A stretch of DNA of 63,047 bases, the filler included, from Octopus bimaculoides (lineage: Eukaryota): NCBI RefSeq assembly GCF_001194135.2. It is 11 parts of 10 records of this genome, joined end to end, with 100 filler letters (N's around TTAATTAATTAA, not from the genome) between each part and the next. Parts side by side here need not be neighbours in the genome. Positions count along the whole stretch, not along the records: positions 59,680 to 61,885 come from NW_026297655.1; positions 61,986 to 63,047 come from NW_026336682.1; 9 more parts are not named here. One strand, written 5' to 3'. The position numbers and the translations under genes are program-made. Below, in pieces: positions 61,561 through 63,047 of the stretch. Under the pieces are notes generated by a model. That model had not been told where the DNA came from. It did not search any database and was given only the letters and a program-made list of their open reading frames with translations. Numbering within the stretch: the stretch's first letter is position 1; each line of letters opens with the position of its first letter.

Positions 61561-62814
61561 TATTATTCTTATTATTGTTGATGACATTGATGATGGTGGT
61601 GGTGGTGGTGGTACTACTGCTGCTGATAATGATGATCATGGTGAAACTGGTAAGGCCTCAAAAGGTAAGTTTTGAGGAAGACTTGTTGGATGTGAGGCAG
61701 TTATATCCTCTTTTGACTGAGAGAGAGCATATGAAAGTATGGATCTGGTCTTTAAGACTGAGAGTGAATCAAGGAGACAGGCAGATCATCTTGCCCCCTT
61801 TCACATGTCTAGGTGCCACTTGGAGCAAAAATATGAGGATTGGCTAAATGTATCAGTACAGTTGTTGATCATGAACTTTTTTTTTNNNNNNNNNNNNNNN
61901 NNNNNNNNNNNNNNNNNNNNNNNNNNNNNTTAATTAATTAANNNNNNNNNNNNNNNNNNNNNNNNNNNNNNNNNNNNNNNNNNNNGGGGGGGGGGCAAAA
62001 TAGATCACTGAAAAGTAAACTAAAGTCGTAAGCTAAATGCTAATTCAAAAGTGGAGGGAGAGAACCAAGAGAGTTCATCAAATATAAAAAAATTTTCTCC
62101 TTAAGGTAAAAACTAATAACATACTAATATAAAGCGAAGAAAGTAAATATAAAAAATTAAAAAAGCATCATAGCCTAGTAATATATTATATTATTATACG
62201 GATATTAATGCAAGTTAATGGTAAAACAAGGTACAGGATACTTTGTTGAGAAATAATAATAATAATAATAATGTACACGCTTACAACATACATACATACA
62301 TACACATGCTGAGTTGTTGTAAACAACATATTTTGAAGGTATGGCATACACCCATACTTAGTTTATATATATATATATATATATATATGCAAGTAGAATA
62401 GTTAGTGGGATGTTATGTAGATGTATGTGGGTATGTGTATGTATGTATATGTATATGCACATGTATGTAGGCAAATGGATATGAATATAAATAGATAGAC
62501 ACACAGATAGATATGTAATATGAACAGACAAGCACATATACACACACACATATGCAAATGAAGATTGAAACACATGACCATATACACACTCACTTCACTT
62601 CACACAAGGACACATATGGAGACACATATCCACACATATGGAGATACACATACATACATTCAGACACAGTACATAGTCACAAAAACCTATACATACACAC
62701 ACATACTCAGACATGCACACACACGGAGACAGAGGTACACACACACACACACACATACACATACATGTGTGTGCACATACACATATGTGCATAAACAAAC
62801 AAAAAAGAATGCAG

Positions 62815-63030
62815 CTCAGATAACAGAAGGAATGAACGACCTATTAAAAGGTTGCAAGACACAACAAAAATTTTAGAAAAATAAATAAGTAAATGAGTGG
62901 AAACTTTACCAGTGAGTGTGTTAAATAACAAGACACTAAAAGGGAATGACTCTCCCCAGACACAACAAAATATGCTTCAACACACAAACTCACATATAAA
63001 GAATCTTGCAAACCAAATCCAAAAACGAAA
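62815..63030 (-). mobile_element. PLE-terminus-like repeat (family 2 relative, hammerhead core lost)
   Basis: GGTTTGCAAGATTC...GTGTGTTGAAGCATATT...GGGGAGAGTCATT...AACACACTCACTGG aligns with 56860-56970(-), 38500-38600(-) and 26955-27100. Confidence 0.65.
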
Positions 63031-63047
63031 TATATATATATATTTTT

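Overview
AT-rich, gapped animal genomic DNA, most likely octopus (inferred from the SINE families, a molluscan-type 5S remnant and the microsatellite load; not proven). There are no bacterial-style genes and no CRISPR. Almost all ORF-track entries are microsatellite or gap artefacts, or fragments of decayed transposons. The window holds the last two coding exons of an unidentified + strand host gene (30795-30856, 34080-34162) inside a CpG-depleted domain of about 11-36 kb. The rest is nested mobile elements: RTE, CR1, Tx1 and R4/Dong LINEs, at least three families of Penelope-like elements (PLEs), three mariners, a pogo fragment, a Helitron remnant and many tRNA-derived SINEs. The most interesting signal is a set of hammerhead-ribozyme (HHR) motifs from three sequence families linked to PLE termini. 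One family is a ~270-nt unit made of a tRNA-type Pol III promoter, (AAT)n and a minimal type I hammerhead. It sits 30 bp after the stop codon of a near-complete Penelope ORF and also occurs as solo copies, one with an intact catalytic core. These units recur in fold-back structures, and one palindrome arm starts at the predicted self-cleavage site. Other notable items are a twin-primed 5'-inverted RTE copy whose empty site is readable from the Helitron frame it interrupts, a CR1 LINE and a SINE sharing a 3' stem-loop with a compensatory change, and a deleted 5S rRNA copy directly upstream of a tRNA SINE.
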